Of a stretch of DNA of 64,000 nt, positions 10,113 through 19,019 are shown one piece after another (positions within the stretch are counted from its first letter, which is position 1; every line of letters starts with the position of its first letter). Both the position numbers and the translations under genes were made by a program. This DNA comes from Patescibacteria group bacterium. GTDB lineage: Bacteria; Patescibacteriota; Patescibacteriia; UBA10025. The stretch is taken from positions 10,149-74,148 of the forward strand of contig JBHPFX010000003.1 in assembly GCA_042570925.1 (NCBI GenBank), in the 5' to 3' direction. Under the pieces are notes generated by a model. That model saw only the letters and a program-made list of their open reading frames with translations. It did not search any database and was not told the origin of the DNA.

Positions 10113-10737
10113 CGTAGCGAAAATTTTACTCGAAATTAAAGCCGTTACTTTAAGTCCTAAAGAACCGTATACTTTTACCTCGGGCCTTAAAAGTCCGATA
10201 TATTGTGATAACAGACTGTTAATTTCGTACCCCGATTTTCGTACAAAGATTATTGATGAATTCATTAACCTTATTAAAGAACATAATCCAACTTTTGATA
10301 TTGTCGGGGGCACTGCGACGGCTGGTATACCTCATGCAGCGTGGATTGCCGAGCGGCTCAAGAAACCAATGATCTACATTCGTGGTGCGTCAAAAGAGCA
10401 CGGGAAAAAGAATCGTATAGAGGGTAAGCTTGAAAAAGGGCAGACTGTGTTAGTTATTGAAGATCTTATTAGTACAGGTGGGAGCTCCGTTTCGGCTGTT
10501 GAAGGAGTTCGTGAAGCAGGTGGAGAGGTTATGGACTGCTACGCAATATTCACTTATGAACTTGAGAAGGCAAAGAAAAAGTTTGTTGAAGCAAATTGTC
10601 AGCTACGTACGTTAACGACGTTTTCAGAACTTATCGCGACTGCCAAAGATAATAATAATATTACTCCTGAAGAAGCAGCCATTACTCAGGAATGGAATAA
10701 AGATCCGGTAGAATGGGGTAAGAAGTACGGAAAATAA
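10105..10737 (+). CDS. pyrE: Orotate phosphoribosyltransferase
   Basis: FTSGLKSPIYCD and the PRPP loop VLVIEDLISTGGS. Confidence 0.85.
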   Translation: MNNVAKILLEIKAVTLSPKEPYTFTSGLKSPIYCDNRLLISYPDFRTKIIDEFINLIKEHNPTFDIVGGTATAGIPHAAWIAERLKKPMIYIRGASKEHGKKNRIEGKLEKGQTVLVIEDLISTGGSSVSAVEGVREAGGEVMDCYAIFTYELEKAKKKFVEANCQLRTLTTFSELIATAKDNNNITPEEAAITQEWNKDPVEWGKKYGK

Positions 10738-10748
10738 TATATTTATAT

Positions 10749-11558
10749 ATGTCATCAAAAGAATCATATTCACAGCGCGCTCAAACAGTAAAAAACCCTG
10801 CCGCAAAAAAACTATTGGAGTTGATGGATGATAAGCAGACAAACCTTGCTCTAGCGAATGATGAAACAAATCCGGAAAAGTTCTTAGAACTTGCCGATAC
10901 CGTGGGTCCCGAAATTGCCGTATTAAAAACCCACATTGATGTAGTTGAAGGTTTTACCTCGGATATTACCTCACAATTACGTTCATTTGCTGATAAGCAC
11001 AACTTCCTCATATTTGAGGACAGGAAGTTTGCTGACATTGGTAACACGGTCAAACTCCAGTACGAAAAAGGAATTTATAACATTGTTGAGTGGGCAGACT
11101 TTGTGAATGCGCACGTTGTCCCCGGTCCCGGCATCATAGAAGGTTTAAAGGAAATTGCCGACAAACAATCTGATCCCCGCGGACTTATTCTACTAGCGCA
11201 AATGAGTTCAAAGGGCAATCTCGCAACAGATGACTATACAAAAAAAGCTGTCAAAATGGCAAAAGAGTATGATGAGTTCGTTGTCGGGTTTATCGGTAAC
11301 GGCGGGGATGTCTCGGAGCTCAAAAAACTTCGAAAACTTGCAGACGAGAGATTTATTCTTTTTACTCCGGGTGTCAAACTCGGCGGCGGCGGCGACGCAC
11401 TCAAACAGCAATACACAACTCCAAAAGATGTCATCGGTGCCGGATCAGACATTCTCATAGTTGGTAGGGGCATCTACGGTGCAGATGATCCAGTCGCATC
11501 GGCGAAGGAATATCGAAAAGCGGGCTGGGAAGCATATAAAAAAATTTCTACTATCTAG
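10749..11558 (+). CDS. pyrF: Orotidine-5'-phosphate decarboxylase, long URA3-like type
   Basis: KQTNL, LKTHID, FEDRKFADIGNTVKLQY, AEWAD..NAH, PRGL.LLA, GDALKQQY, GSDI.IVGRG and YRKAGWEAY are collinear with S. cerevisiae URA3 as I recall it. Confidence 0.9.
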   Translation: MSSKESYSQRAQTVKNPAAKKLLELMDDKQTNLALANDETNPEKFLELADTVGPEIAVLKTHIDVVEGFTSDITSQLRSFADKHNFLIFEDRKFADIGNTVKLQYEKGIYNIVEWADFVNAHVVPGPGIIEGLKEIADKQSDPRGLILLAQMSSKGNLATDDYTKKAVKMAKEYDEFVVGFIGNGGDVSELKKLRKLADERFILFTPGVKLGGGGDALKQQYTTPKDVIGAGSDILIVGRGIYGADDPVASAKEYRKAGWEAYKKISTI

Positions 11559-11597
11559 TGCATAGTTTTTACAATTCTACTACCATATAATCTCATT

Positions 11598-12311
11598 ATG
11601 GAACAATCTGCTTTAAAAAAAATTCATTCAGTTATTTATAATGTTTCATTTGGTACTGTATTGGGAATAAGCGCAATCATGATTGTGTCTGGGATACCGC
11701 GTCTTGTAGTTAAAACTAATGAATGGGTGGTCTTTTTCCCATATATTGCAGGGATTATTGCTGCGATAATTTTGAGCGTGTGGTACTACAAGACAATAAA
11801 AAATCGTGAGCTTTTTGGCTATTTAACAATTATTGCCGCCGGACTTGTGATCGGATACTGGATGACGGGATTACTTCTCATACTATTTAAGTCAATTGCT
11901 CCCCAGTCAGCTGCGTATTTCGAAGAGTTCAAACGCGGTACTGAAGCGGGAATTCTATACTTTTTCATTAATATTGGCTGGGTTCCTCTTGGGGTTGGTA
12001 TATTTCTTTTTTTGAAGGAGAGGCTTGGATGGACTGCCCAAAAGACAGCCGTAGCATTATCCATGGTTCTCTTTACGATTCTTATTATTGCCCTCATACC
12101 TCGTGTTACAGATGTATTAAACGATTTGCAAGAAGATGGTGTGGATGTAACAGAAGTTCTTGTGCAGCACATCATGAGTCATTCATGGCTGCATATTATA
12201 TTTAATATCATAATTGGTGGTTCACTTTTTACCTACGCCCGTCATAGAGTCAAAGAGATACAAAAAACAGACATACAAAGTCAGAAGCTTAACGAGTGGA
12301 AAAATAATTAA
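11598..12311 (+). CDS. Hypothetical multi-pass membrane protein
   Basis: Six or so hydrophobic segments. No recognisable motif. Confidence 0.5.
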   Translation: MEQSALKKIHSVIYNVSFGTVLGISAIMIVSGIPRLVVKTNEWVVFFPYIAGIIAAIILSVWYYKTIKNRELFGYLTIIAAGLVIGYWMTGLLLILFKSIAPQSAAYFEEFKRGTEAGILYFFINIGWVPLGVGIFLFLKERLGWTAQKTAVALSMVLFTILIIALIPRVTDVLNDLQEDGVDVTEVLVQHIMSHSWLHIIFNIIIGGSLFTYARHRVKEIQKTDIQSQKLNEWKNN

Positions 12312-12322
12312 GACTAATAATA

Positions 12323-13258
12323 ATGAAACATTTTCTTACACTAAAAGACTATTCAGCAGAAGAGCTGAAAGAGATAATCGCCAAGGCTATTGGAATAAAG
12401 AAAGATCCTGAAAAGTACGGAGACATTTTGAAAAACAAAACAATGATCATGCTTTTTCAGAAGTCTTCAACAAGGACTCGGCTGAGTTTTGAAGCAGGAA
12501 TGACACAGTTGGGCGGCCATGCCATTTTTCTGGACAGTAAAACGACACAATTTGCCATCACTGATTTTAAGGACGAAGCACAGGCCGTGATGCGATTTGG
12601 AGATATCTTAATGTTTCGCGCAAAGAAGTTTGAAAATGTAGAAATTGCCGCATTGCAAAACAAGATCCCGGTCATTGATGCATGTTCAGAAAAATACCAT
12701 CCGTGTCAGGCAACAGGAGACATTTTAACAATGGCGGAACATTCCGGCGGCTTGGATAAGATAAAGAAGATTGTCTGGCTCGGCATTGAGAACAATGTTT
12801 CAAATACTCTCAAACTTGCTTGTGCGAAGCTTGGTATTGACGTATATCTTGCAGCCCCGGAAATTGATCCGGATAGTGTTGACGAAGAACTGAATGCCAT
12901 GGCAGATGAGACCGGCCATATCCATAAAACATTAGATCTTGAAGAAGCTCTTAAAGATGCTGACTATATTCACACAGATACGTGGATTAATATGGAATTT
13001 TTCGAAGACGGGAAAGTAAAACCAGAATTCAAGGAAGAATATGATCGTCGGGTGAAAATGTTTAAACCCTACCAACTCAATGCGGCGTTACTTGAGAAGT
13101 ATGCGCCGAAAGCAAAAATCATGCATTGCATGCCATGTCATATTGGATATGAAATAACGCGAGATGCAATTGATCATCCGAACTCGGTTATATTTGATCA
13201 GGCAGAAAATCGTCTTCACGCACAGAAAGCCATAATACTGCATTTGCTTGGGAAATAG
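12323..13258 (+). CDS. Ornithine-carbamoyltransferase-like transcarbamylase with an atypical substrate loop
   Basis: SSTRTR, HPCQ and HCMP (OTC-like HCLP) are present. The OTC D..xSMG loop reads DTWINME. Confidence 0.75.
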   Translation: MKHFLTLKDYSAEELKEIIAKAIGIKKDPEKYGDILKNKTMIMLFQKSSTRTRLSFEAGMTQLGGHAIFLDSKTTQFAITDFKDEAQAVMRFGDILMFRAKKFENVEIAALQNKIPVIDACSEKYHPCQATGDILTMAEHSGGLDKIKKIVWLGIENNVSNTLKLACAKLGIDVYLAAPEIDPDSVDEELNAMADETGHIHKTLDLEEALKDADYIHTDTWINMEFFEDGKVKPEFKEEYDRRVKMFKPYQLNAALLEKYAPKAKIMHCMPCHIGYEITRDAIDHPNSVIFDQAENRLHAQKAIILHLLGK

Positions 13259-13349
13259 CATTTGAACACTAGGGTCTTGACAACCGAGGAGTTTTTGTAT
13301 ACCCTACTTTGTTGCAATGCTCTTTTTTCGTTCACAAGGAGGAGTTTGT

Positions 13350-13583
13350 ATGCCATCAATTATCGCACCAGGGGCATGGAAAGCTCTACTCGACCCCGCC
13401 CTGATCATCGTGTCAACAGTGGTGTTTTGCCTACTGATTGCATCACTTCGCCTGATGCGTTCGGACACACCGGACCCAGAGGTGGTGTCTTGGTGGAAGA
13501 ATGCCTTGTTGAACACCGGACTCTCCACGGCACTGGTCGTGGTAGCAGTATGCATCGGCAGTGCACTTACCGGTGGAAGGTAA
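13350..13583 (+). CDS. Hypothetical small two-TM membrane protein (G+C-rich island)
   Basis: TTGACA promoter at about 13278. AAGGAGG lies 7 nt before ATG 13350 (MPSIIAPGAW). Two hydrophobic helices. A terminator follows at about 13655-13690. Confidence 0.4.
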   Translation: MPSIIAPGAWKALLDPALIIVSTVVFCLLIASLRLMRSDTPDPEVVSWWKNALLNTGLSTALVVVAVCIGSALTGGR

Positions 13584-13781
13584 CATCACCTGTCTCCCCA
13601 GGCTCATTGGATTGAGCCCTTTACTCCCCCTCCTCTCTAACAACGCGATCTCTGCCGCTCGGTCCCACTGTGTTCCGAGCGGTTTTCTTCTATATACCTT
13701 GACAAAGTATGATGTACATGATACAAAGATGTGAAAACAGCACACTATCATACGTAGAACCTATAACAGGAGGTGGTCCAC

Positions 13782-14120
13782 ATGGATCAAGCACCTGCAA
13801 TAACACCTCTCGGGTTAGTTGTCATCGTGGTGATGATTCTCGTTTTTATTGGTTTCGCAACTCGGAAACCCGATGACAAACCAAAAAAACAGCAGCAGAA
13901 AGAGGACCCGCAAAGACAAGCAGCACTCGCAAGGCTTTATAAAACCAATCGGTCACTGTTGGAAAGAGGAAATGAGGAAAAGATCAACGAGGCTGTAGCT
14001 AATCTGATCAGGCTTGACGAAATAAAGAGTACGCAACGTCAAGGATCATGGTTGACAACGGGAATTGTTCTCGCGGCAATCATCTTCACAATATTTGTGA
14101 TTAGTACTGCAACTCATTAA
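13782..14120 (+). CDS. Hypothetical membrane-anchored protein (G+C-rich island)
   Basis: TTGACAAAG promoter at about 13692. AGGAGG precedes ATG 13782 (MDQAPAIT). N- and C-terminal TM segments flank a charged middle. Confidence 0.4.
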   Translation: MDQAPAITPLGLVVIVVMILVFIGFATRKPDDKPKKQQQKEDPQRQAALARLYKTNRSLLERGNEEKINEAVANLIRLDEIKSTQRQGSWLTTGIVLAAIIFTIFVISTATH

Positions 14121-14333
14121 CTGAGTTGGGTTTGGGGCGCCGTGCAGTAGTACCTTCTCAAAATGTTATAGTTCGTTACTTTGATCATTCGATGAAAGTA
14201 TTACCTCGCACCGCCGGCTCATGCAGTTTGGCGGTTTTCTTCTATTTGACTTTCGAATATATCGGAGATAGGATTAATCATTAAAAAAAAGAAACATCGT
14301 TTCCTTTCACGTCTAACCTGGGGGAGGTTCCAG

Positions 14334-14954
14334 ATGCAGAGAACGGAGAAGATCCTTGTTTGTATCGCCGCGTTGCTGATGTTGCTTTCCAGCCCACCGG
14401 CAAGCAGTCGAGTTCAAGTTCCAACCAACCTTTCAACTGGAGCAGCGCTTGAACCGCAAAGCGACGCGACTGCGACAGCATTGACTGACACTACTCCAAT
14501 GGCTGTTCTGAAGATGAGTGACGGAGGACCTGCGTTTACTCAGAAGACTATTAGTCGGTCATCTGAGTATGGGTGCGAAAAGGCAGAGATGGTTTGCGAC
14601 ATATCGCCGCTTGATCTCAATGTCTGTCTCAGCGCCAGCATCAGTGTCTCTGGCATCTCGCTTGAAGAGGGGTGGGAACCGGCAATCATTATGTCCAACT
14701 GCGTGTGTTATCGGCAGTGTGATGAGCTCACTCTGCACGTCTGGACCATGAATGGCCTGGACACTCTATTCCGGTGCTGTGATACAAGCGGTGCGGTCAT
14801 TTCTGCAGAAGTGCCCGTAGGATCATTGATCCACTTTCGCCGGATCGGAAATTCTGACTGGATGGGAACCCAGCATTATGTGATGGTTCTCGACCAAACA
14901 TCATGCATTTGCGAAGACTGTGTCGAGAGGTCGTACTTCAATCGTACGCAGTAA
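14334..14954 (+). CDS. Hypothetical secreted Cys-rich protein (G+C-rich island)
   Basis: GGGGGAGG SD. Signal-peptide-like N-terminus (ILVCIAALLMLLSSPPASS) and 11 Cys in the mature part. Confidence 0.45.
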   Translation: MQRTEKILVCIAALLMLLSSPPASSRVQVPTNLSTGAALEPQSDATATALTDTTPMAVLKMSDGGPAFTQKTISRSSEYGCEKAEMVCDISPLDLNVCLSASISVSGISLEEGWEPAIIMSNCVCYRQCDELTLHVWTMNGLDTLFRCCDTSGAVISAEVPVGSLIHFRRIGNSDWMGTQHYVMVLDQTSCICEDCVERSYFNRTQ

Positions 14955-14976
14955 TCTACGCCTATTGGCGTTCAGC

Positions 14977-15008
14977 CCGCCGGATCTTCGGATTCGGCGG
15001 TGCTTTTT
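14977..15008 (+). terminator. Intrinsic terminator closing the G+C-rich island
   Basis: CCGCCG..CGGCGG hairpin followed by TGCTTTTT. Confidence 0.6.
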
Positions 15009-15141
15009 ATCGTAAAAAAGCTTGATTTTTTAATGAAATTATGCTATGATGGGATTCACTCATGAAACAAATGATAGCCTTTTACTCGTTTACTGAAAGT
15101 TTAAAATCGCTTATTTTGGATAAGCGGTTTTCTTGTTATAT

Positions 15142-17778
15142 ATGTATTTAGAAAAGCTCGAAATCCAGGGGTTCAAGTCATTCGCAACCAAAACCACGCT
15201 TGAATTCAAGCGGGAGATGACTGCTATAGTCGGACCGAATGGTTCTGGGAAGTCGAATATTGCTGATGCGGTTCGTTGGGTACTTGGCGAACAGTCACTA
15301 AAGCTTGTTAGGGGAAAGAGAGCTCAGGATGTAATTTTTTCAGGCTCTGATAGGAAGTCTCAGCTGGGAATGGCTGAGGTTTCTTTGTATTTAAACAATG
15401 AAGATCATAAAGCACCGATCGATTACTCAGAATTAGTCATTACTCGCCGGGTCAATAGAGATGGATCAGGTGAGTATTTTATTAATAAGAGTCAGGTGCG
15501 TCTTCACGATATCCTGCTTCTCTTAGCAAAGGCGAACTTTGGACAGCGGACGTATAGTGTTATTGGTCAGGGAATGATTGATTCAGTGTTGATAGCTTCC
15601 CCTGGTGAGCGACTGCAATTTTTTGAAGAAGCTGCAGGGATACGACAATATCAGATTAAGAAAGAACAAGCTGAGAATAAGTTGGTTACGACCCGCGAGA
15701 ACCTAAAACAGGCAGACATGCTTCTGCAAGAAATCACTCCCCGACTTCGTTCTCTCACTCGTCAGGCAAAAAGGCTTGAGCAGCGCGAAGAGCATGAGAA
15801 AAAACTGGGCGAATATCAGCGAGAATATTATTCAGGCATGTGGGCTGATCTGACTACTCGTCACGGTGATGTCGAGAAACATATGCGGGAAGTTGAAGCA
15901 AAAAAGAATATTGCTGATCAAAAGGTTGTTTCGTTAAATAAATCGATTGAAGTATATGTGTCCAAAGAAGGTCGGGGTGAAGCATTTGCAAAATATGAAC
16001 AGCAGTATCAGTCATTAGCCGATGAAAAAAACCGTATCTTACGAGAGCTCACAGTGGTTAAAGGCCGTGCAGATGTTACCCGCGAACAAAAAGGAGAAAT
16101 GAATCTTGTATGGCTTGAACGTAAACGTGATGCACTGGCAAATGAGATACGTAACGCACAAGCTGGAGTTGGTAATGCTGAGCGACTAGTAAAAGAGGTA
16201 ACCGAGCGACTTACAACAAAACAACAAGAAGAAGAGCACTCTGCACGCTCAATTTCTGAGTTAGAAATCGATTTAGCAGAAGTGAAACGCGGCTTAAGTA
16301 CTGATCCAAGTATTTCAGCACTTAATTTACACGGGGAGCTAAAAAATATTGTTGCAGACCAAGAAGATTTTCTTAAGCAGCTTAAAGAAGTTAAACAAAT
16401 AGAAGAGCTTCCAAAACTCCAAAAGATTACAGAAAGCATCGTGTCACAACTCGCACATACTGTTGAAAAAAGCCGGAAATTAAGCGCAAAAGATCCAAAT
16501 GCCCTTATTCAGGTTCAGGAGAAAATAGCGGATGCATTTAAATCCCAGGACCAGATATTACACGACATCACCGATTTAACCGTTGAAGTACGCGTAGCTG
16601 AAGAAAAATATCACTCTTCTCAGGAGCAGCTGAAGAAAATTCAAGAAGAGCACGCATCAATAGAGAGAGATGTTACCCAACTCCAGGGCAAAGATCCAGA
16701 AAAAATAGCTCAGGATCAACACAACCTAGAGGAGCAGGTTCGAAAAATCGACAGCGAAATCGGTTTAGTTCAATCAAAACTTGATTCAGTCGGCAAAGAC
16801 CAATCAGAGCAGCAGAGGCAGCTTGTTGAAACACAGCGTGAACTTCGTGAAAGGCAAAAAGAGCTTACCGAGGTTACCACCCAGCTTCATGAAATTCAGA
16901 TCGAGCATGCCAAGCTTGAAACCAGAAAAGAAGATCTTGATCGTGAAATGATGGATGAGCTTTCCGATGAAGACAGAGAGCGGGTATATCAGTCAAAGCA
17001 TCCGAGCCCCGTTAATGAAGGCTTGATGCGAGAAATTCAGAAAGAAAAAAGGTATCTGGAACTGATCGGCGGTATCGATGAAGATGTGCCGGAGGAATAC
17101 GGAAAAACTAAAGAACGCCACGATTTCTTAAGTACTCAAATTGATGATCTTACAAAAGCTTCCACAGATCTTGAGGAAGCGATAGATAATCTCAATCAAA
17201 TTATTAAAAAACAGTTTGATCTCGCATTTGAAAAGATAAATCTTGAATTTGGAAAATACTTCAAAACACTCTTTAAAGGTGGTAACGCCAAGCTCAATCT
17301 CGTGAAAGAAGAAGTTCTTTCTCCTGAGGATCAAGAGGATGAAGATGCTGAGGAAAAAGAAGATGAAGACTTGGAGCCCAAAAAGACAAAAAAGACAGGA
17401 GAAAAAGTGTTGACCGGTGTTGATATTTTTGCCACCCCACCGGGAAAAAGGTTAAAAAGCATTAATATGTTATCTGGTGGTGAACGCGCACTAACAGCAA
17501 TTGCGCTCATTAGTGCAATTATTAGCAATAATCCCTCGCCGTTTGTTGTACTCGATGAAGTTGATGCGGCTCTTGATGAATCGAATTCACTCCGATTCGC
17601 AGAGATTATTGACCAACTCTCCAACAAAACTCAGTTTGTTACAATAACTCATAATCGAGCTACGATGCATAAGGCAAGGATTTTATACGGAGTGACTATG
17701 GGTGATGATGGCGTTTCAAAGCTGTTGTCGGTAGAGATGGATGAGGCAGAGAAAGTGCTCGGAAGACACTCAAAATAG
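15142..17778 (+). CDS. smc: SMC-family chromosome partition ATPase, short form without a recognisable hinge
   Basis: LEIQGFKSF, GPNGSGKSN and QG.ID.....P.ER...FEEAAGI head. C-terminal LSGGERALTAIAL and VLDEVDAALD. About 878 aa. The ATG at 15142 is preferred over the TTG at 15133. Confidence 0.85.
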   Translation: MYLEKLEIQGFKSFATKTTLEFKREMTAIVGPNGSGKSNIADAVRWVLGEQSLKLVRGKRAQDVIFSGSDRKSQLGMAEVSLYLNNEDHKAPIDYSELVITRRVNRDGSGEYFINKSQVRLHDILLLLAKANFGQRTYSVIGQGMIDSVLIASPGERLQFFEEAAGIRQYQIKKEQAENKLVTTRENLKQADMLLQEITPRLRSLTRQAKRLEQREEHEKKLGEYQREYYSGMWADLTTRHGDVEKHMREVEAKKNIADQKVVSLNKSIEVYVSKEGRGEAFAKYEQQYQSLADEKNRILRELTVVKGRADVTREQKGEMNLVWLERKRDALANEIRNAQAGVGNAERLVKEVTERLTTKQQEEEHSARSISELEIDLAEVKRGLSTDPSISALNLHGELKNIVADQEDFLKQLKEVKQIEELPKLQKITESIVSQLAHTVEKSRKLSAKDPNALIQVQEKIADAFKSQDQILHDITDLTVEVRVAEEKYHSSQEQLKKIQEEHASIERDVTQLQGKDPEKIAQDQHNLEEQVRKIDSEIGLVQSKLDSVGKDQSEQQRQLVETQRELRERQKELTEVTTQLHEIQIEHAKLETRKEDLDREMMDELSDEDRERVYQSKHPSPVNEGLMREIQKEKRYLELIGGIDEDVPEEYGKTKERHDFLSTQIDDLTKASTDLEEAIDNLNQIIKKQFDLAFEKINLEFGKYFKTLFKGGNAKLNLVKEEVLSPEDQEDEDAEEKEDEDLEPKKTKKTGEKVLTGVDIFATPPGKRLKSINMLSGGERALTAIALISAIISNNPSPFVVLDEVDAALDESNSLRFAEIIDQLSNKTQFVTITHNRATMHKARILYGVTMGDDGVSKLLSVEMDEAEKVLGRHSK

Positions 17779-17868
17779 GCAATTCCCAGCCATGCTTGAC
17801 AGCGAAGGAATAAGTCAATAAGATACCCCATACACCCCTGTGTCGCTTACTTTTTTGTATAAATACGT

Positions 17869-18426
17869 ATGTTAATGATTCGACTTTCCCGAGTCGGTAA
17901 AAAGAAACACCCAACTTTTCGCCTTATCGTATCTGAAAAATCCAAAGATACTCATGGCGACTTTTTAGAACTTCTCGGAACGTATGATCCACATACATCT
18001 CCAGCTACTGTCACTTTAAAAGTAGATCGGATCAAACACTGGATTTCAAACGGTGCCCAGCCATCAGGAGTCGTTCATAATATTCTTATTGATCATGATG
18101 TTATAAAAGGTGAGAAAATCCGTGTGGCCAATATCCGTAAGAAAAAAGAATCTAAAGAAGGCGAAGAGGCTTCTGAAGGTAAGACGCCATCAACTGAGAA
18201 AAAGGAAGAAGTAAAAAAAGAGGAGCCAAAGAAAGAGGGTCCTTCGGCAAGCTCCCCTCGGCCTGCCATCGCCCTGAAGGGCTCAGGCCCTGAACGGGAG
18301 GTCTCGGGACCGAAGGCAGGAGCTGATGAGAAAAAGGAAGAAAAACCTCCCGAGAACAAAGAGCCGGCAGAAAAGAAAGCTGAAGAAAAACCCCAAGACG
18401 ATAAAAAGACTCCAGAGAAACAGTAG
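17869..18426 (+). CDS. rpsP: 30S ribosomal protein S16 with a roughly 100-aa Lys/Glu-rich tail
   Basis: MLMIRLSRVGKKKHPTFRLIV..DRIKHWISNGAQPS. The tail contains a G+C-rich insert at 18241-18317. Confidence 0.85.
   Translation: MLMIRLSRVGKKKHPTFRLIVSEKSKDTHGDFLELLGTYDPHTSPATVTLKVDRIKHWISNGAQPSGVVHNILIDHDVIKGEKIRVANIRKKKESKEGEEASEGKTPSTEKKEEVKKEEPKKEGPSASSPRPAIALKGSGPEREVSGPKAGADEKKEEKPPENKEPAEKKAEEKPQDDKKTPEKQ
18241..18317. repeat. G+C-rich palindromic insert inside the rpsP tail
   Basis: Bounded by CCTTCGG and CCGAAGG. The core CAGGCCCTGAACGGGAGGTCTCGGGACCGAAGG recurs at 22136-22187, 29040-29085, 42810-42855 and 46355-46440. Confidence 0.6.
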
Positions 18427-18591
18427 GTTATGGTAGTTGCAGCTAAGTAATCCCCATGGTTTGACAATCAGGGAGATATTGTGATATTCTCTTTTTGCAC
18501 AGTTACAATGCAGTGGTCCATTTAGTTCTTGTGGAAAGGTCGAGAACGAATACCCTGCTGAACATTACAAATTCAGAAATGAATCAGAACT

Positions 18592-18936
18592 ATGGCAAAA
18601 CAGGAAACCGATCAAGAGTTTGTCGAGTTCGTGGTAAAAGCACTTGTTGATAATCCGAAAGACGTGAAAGCGGAGCGAACGGTTGATGAAATGGGTGTAC
18701 TCATTACGCTCAAGGTCAACCCTCAAGATCTTGGACAGGTTATTGGCCGACAAGGTCAGACCGCCAAGTCACTCCGAACACTTCTCCGTGTTGTCGGCGC
18801 AAAGAACCACGCACGAGTCAATCTAAAGATCTACGAGCCAGAAGGTTACCGCAAAGAACGCGGTCCCAAGCCCGAACGATCAGATCGACCAGTCGCTGAA
18901 GAAGATACTTCAGCCGTTGATGATCTCAAGCTCTAG
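18592..18936 (+). CDS. KH-domain RNA-binding protein (YlqC/KhpA family)
   Basis: LVDNPKDV..V.....L.V...DLGQVIGRQGQTAKSLRTLL. Conserved position between rpsP and trmD. Confidence 0.8.
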   Translation: MAKQETDQEFVEFVVKALVDNPKDVKAERTVDEMGVLITLKVNPQDLGQVIGRQGQTAKSLRTLLRVVGAKNHARVNLKIYEPEGYRKERGPKPERSDRPVAEEDTSAVDDLKL

Positions 18937-19019
18937 GTCCTTGATCTCAACTTACAAACAAAACATCCAACCGCACGTATGATATACTTCATTGTGCGGT
19001 TGTTTGTAACTTATTTTCT

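Noticed and set aside
18093-18467. ORF antisense to the rpsP tail (18093-18467), and similar antisense ORFs in nusA, smc and hppA
   Set aside because: They are low-complexity mirror frames of Lys/Glu-rich or G+C-rich coding sequence. The sense genes are well supported.
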